Source: Prochlorococcus marinus subsp. pastoris str. CCMP1986
GTDB taxonomy: Bacteria; Cyanobacteriota; Cyanobacteriia; PCC-6307; Cyanobiaceae
Direction of reading: 5' to 3'
NCBI RefSeq assembly: GCF_000011465.1
Contig: NC_005072.1
Span: 540,001-572,000, forward strand
Length of the DNA stretch: 32,000 nucleotides
This document shows positions 29,751-32,000 of this stretch, piece after piece (position 1 is the stretch's first letter; every line of letters begins with the position of its first letter). The notes beneath the pieces were generated by a model. It saw only the letters and a program-made list of their open reading frames with translations. It ran no database searches and was not told where the DNA came from. A program made the position numbers and the translations under genes.

Positions 29751-31076
29751 GTGTTTGATATTAGCAAAGAAAACTTTTTTAAGAATTTAATAAAGTTCCC
29801 CAAAAAAAATATATTTATGATTCTACTTTTTTTAGGTTTTGGAGAATGGTTTTTAAGTGATTTAATAAATTTTGCAGGCGGTTCGATAGGTTTTTTTATT
29901 TTATGTTTTGGGGGATATTTTTACTTAAAAAGTGAAAAGCCAAAATTTAATGAGCCAAAGGACTTAGATGGTTGGATAAAACTTTGTAATGAAGATTTAG
30001 ATTTCTTCGAGGAAATTGAATTACATAATAATTTAGAAAAACAAAATATTAATAGAAAAAAAGCTCTTGAATTAATATTAAATAGAGAGAAAAAAGAAGA
30101 GATTTATTGTATTGGGCAGAAGAATTTTGACTCGAATGCAACATTATTTAAAAATTACTTTAAAGAAGATAAGTTTAAATTAAATTTTATGGAAAGACTT
30201 CCAAAATATAATTCTTCTGAAATTGTTCCTGAAGTAATTTTAAATAGCGATGCTATTTTGTATTTTTTAAAATTACCTTTATCCGCTAATGATTTTTTGT
30301 GGTTAGAAAAACTTCCTAAAAATATGCCCATTTGGTTAGTTGCATCATTTACAAAAGGATTAAGTTTTAATAATGAAATAGAAGAAGTTAAGGCTCAGAT
30401 TTCAGGAGAATATGCAAACAGAATAATTAAATTTGACAAAACTAAAAATAGCTTTGCAAATATACCTTTTTCTTTGCGTAAGTTTTTTATAAGTTCAAAT
30501 AATAATATTGAAAATACTAAAAAAAGACTTTTGAAGAGATTGCATACGAATTGGCAATCTGAGATTGAGGGAATAAGAAGAATGCAGTTGAATGATTTAC
30601 AGAGGAGAAATCAAATTATCGTTGCTACTTCAGTTTTCTTTTCTCCGATTCCATCAATAGATGTCTTATCAATGACTGTTTTAAATTCCTTAATGATTAA
30701 AGAAATTAAGTCTATATGGGGATGTAATTGGTCTCCAGAAATATTGGATAAAGTATCAAAACAAATAATCAAGACTGCAATTGCACAGGGAGTAATTGAA
30801 TGGAGTGGTCAGACTTTAATAGGTTTAACAAAATTGCATGGCCCAAATTGGTTAGTAACTGGGGCATTCCAAGCAATAAGCGCAGCATATTTAACAAGAG
30901 TAGTATCAAGTTCATTGGCCGATTTCATGGCTTTAACAAAAGGAGTCTCAGAACCTGATTTGGAATTTATAAAAGAAAACTCCGATAAGATCGTTGAAAG
31001 AGCCTTTGAAAATGAAAAAATAAATTGGAAATCTTTGATACCAGAGTTAAATATTCCATTGACTCGACTCACCTAA
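29751..31076 (+). CDS. DUF697 (YcjF-like) membrane protein with a degenerate GTPase-like central domain
   Basis: 441 aa. Two N-terminal TM helices (IFMILLFLGFGEWFL and GSIGFFILCFGGYFYL). The C-terminal DUF697-type region is IVATSVFFSPIPSIDVLSMTVLNSLMIKEIKSIWG ... GAFQAISAAYLTRVV. The start is uncertain: GTG at 29751 (ORF track) or ATG at 29817. Confidence 0.7.
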   Translation: MFDISKENFFKNLIKFPKKNIFMILLFLGFGEWFLSDLINFAGGSIGFFILCFGGYFYLKSEKPKFNEPKDLDGWIKLCNEDLDFFEEIELHNNLEKQNINRKKALELILNREKKEEIYCIGQKNFDSNATLFKNYFKEDKFKLNFMERLPKYNSSEIVPEVILNSDAILYFLKLPLSANDFLWLEKLPKNMPIWLVASFTKGLSFNNEIEEVKAQISGEYANRIIKFDKTKNSFANIPFSLRKFFISSNNNIENTKKRLLKRLHTNWQSEIEGIRRMQLNDLQRRNQIIVATSVFFSPIPSIDVLSMTVLNSLMIKEIKSIWGCNWSPEILDKVSKQIIKTAIAQGVIEWSGQTLIGLTKLHGPNWLVTGAFQAISAAYLTRVVSSSLADFMALTKGVSEPDLEFIKENSDKIVERAFENEKINWKSLIPELNIPLTRLT

Positions 31077-31111
31077 TAATTCCAAATTTTAGACTTACTG
31101 TAAAGAAAATT

Positions 31112-32000
31112 ATGAAAAAAAAGTTATTGCACTTTGTATTTTCTTTTCTAATATGTGTTAGTGCAAATTCATGCAAAAGGACTTCTTTTGAAAAAGAAAC
31201 TAACAAAGAAGTAATTTTGGCTAGTTTTACAGTCCTGGCAGATATTATTGAAAATGTTGCTAAAGATGAGTTTTCTGTTAAATCAATTACTAAACCAGGA
31301 GTTGAAGTTCATGGTTATCAGCCAACTCCAAGTGATCTTATAAAAGCTTCCAAAGCCGATGTTTTTATTGATAATGGATTTGGATTTGAATTATGGGCTG
31401 AGAAATTTGTTTCAAACTTACAAATTAAGAGAGTAACTATTTCAAATAGATTAGAACCAATTTTTATAAGTGAAGATTTCTATAAAGGTAAACCTAATCC
31501 TCATGCGTGGATTTCTCCTAAAAGGGGAATGATTTATGTAAATGTTATCGTTGATTCTTTATCAGAATTAAAACCATCGAAAGCAGAATCATTTAAAAAT
31601 AACGGACAAATTTACAAGAATAAAATCGCTAAAATAGATAAAGATTTTTCACTTTTTATTAATAATCTTAAGAAAAATAATAGGTATCTAGTAACTTGTG
31701 AAGGGGCATTCTCTTATCTCACAAATGATTACGGATTAAAAGAAGCTTACTTATGGCCAGTTAATGCTGAAAGTCAAATTACACCGAAAAGAATGGCAAG
31801 TACAATTTCTTTGGTAAAAAATAAAAATATCCCATCGGTCTTTTGTGAAAGCACTGTAAGTAATGAATCACAAATGGTTGTTGCCAGTGAAACAGGAGCA
31901 AAGTTTGGGGGAGATCTTTTTGTTGATTCGCTTTCTCAAGATAATAAGAGTGCTAATACTTATTTAAAAATGCTTCAACATAATTTGACTCTTATTAAAA
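31112..32000 (+). CDS. ABC transporter metal-binding lipoprotein, TroA/PsaA/MntC family (probably Mn-type), 3' end outside the window
   Basis: Manual translation from ATG 31112 gives MKKKLLHFVFSFLICVSANSCKR..., a lipoprotein-like signal with Cys residues. It continues VLADIIENVAKDEFSVKSITKPGVEVHGYQPTPSD, KPNPHAWISP, LVTCEGAFSYL and GGDLFVDSLS, and is open to position 32000 (296 codons). It is absent from the ORF track, probably because no stop codon falls inside the window. Confidence 0.85.
   Translation, partial: MKKKLLHFVFSFLICVSANSCKRTSFEKETNKEVILASFTVLADIIENVAKDEFSVKSITKPGVEVHGYQPTPSDLIKASKADVFIDNGFGFELWAEKFVSNLQIKRVTISNRLEPIFISEDFYKGKPNPHAWISPKRGMIYVNVIVDSLSELKPSKAESFKNNGQIYKNKIAKIDKDFSLFINNLKKNNRYLVTCEGAFSYLTNDYGLKEAYLWPVNAESQITPKRMASTISLVKNKNIPSVFCESTVSNESQMVVASETGAKFGGDLFVDSLSQDNKSANTYLKMLQHNLTLIK

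Noticed and set aside
1705-31072. Eighteen ORF-track entries of 61-116 aa lie antisense to, and mostly inside, strongly supported genes: 1705-1896, 4501-4686, 5821-6060, 6076-6330, 7990-8244, 8414-8662, 10850-11122, 11977-12186, 15841-16086, 16390-16578, 16628-16816, 18516-18839, 18958-19146, 21004-21207, 23859-24125, 24318-24668, 26017-26247 and 30809-31072.
   Set aside because: Each lies on the opposite strand of a gene with clear family motifs (23859-24125 and 26017-26247 also extend slightly past the ndhD start and into thrS). Their translations are low-complexity (Ser/Leu/Phe/Ile-rich) with no recognisable domains. They are best explained as shadow ORFs lying opposite the real genes.
1-32000. 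A search for tRNA, rRNA, tmRNA, RNase P, 6S or SRP RNA, Yfr1-type sRNA motifs, and CIRCE, LexA, NtcA or Fur boxes in the intergenic regions.
   Set aside because: No gap exceeds 216 nt. I found no T-loop or acceptor-like tRNA sequences outside coding regions, no ACTCCTCACAC Yfr1 motif, and no convincing match to the listed operator consensus sequences. A half HLR1-like TTACAA upstream of petE is too weak to report. This was done by eye, so small or degenerate sites could have been missed.

Overview
This window reads as a very AT-rich, tightly packed core-chromosome segment of a marine picocyanobacterium. Gene content, order and codon bias fit a high-light-clade Prochlorococcus; the strain cannot be determined from sequence alone. 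I can support 29 protein-coding loci, two of them cut by the window edges, and almost all are housekeeping or photosynthesis genes. They include a cyAbrB regulator (partial), a YCII-like protein, a sigma-70 family factor with two small co-transcribed genes, hisIE, a PTPS/QueD-like enzyme, clpB, petE, an SDR epimerase, hemE and glgB. They continue with a CocE/NonD hydrolase, three small uncharacterised genes, a 1314-aa TamB/TIC236-like protein, proA, folB, a lipase-like hydrolase, prlC, ndhD, thrB, glk, thrS and trpS. The last three are an RGG-rich small protein, a DUF697 membrane protein and a partial Mn-type ABC substrate-binding lipoprotein. I found no tRNA, rRNA, CRISPR array, transposase, integrase, phage gene or recognisable defence system, and no intergenic gap is long enough for a large structured RNA. 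I do not see a clear novel system; this looks like syntenic core genome. The observations most worth a second look are listed here. (1) An apparent 1-nt frameshift at an A7 run inside the cyAbrB regulator. (2) A sigma factor / DUF1232 / HTH tricistron. (3) A perfect 11-bp x3 tandem repeat inside a 55-nt pure A/T tract upstream of that sigma gene. (4) An RGG-rich protein that overlaps trpS and heads a roughly 9-kb gene train. (5) A DUF697 protein whose GTPase-like domain appears to have lost its P-loop. (6) A block of small unknown genes coupled to the CocE/NonD hydrolase. Three ORF-track entries (proA, thrB, trpS) were trimmed to internal ATG starts. The 18 ORFs lying antisense to strong genes were rejected as artefacts of AT-rich sequence.
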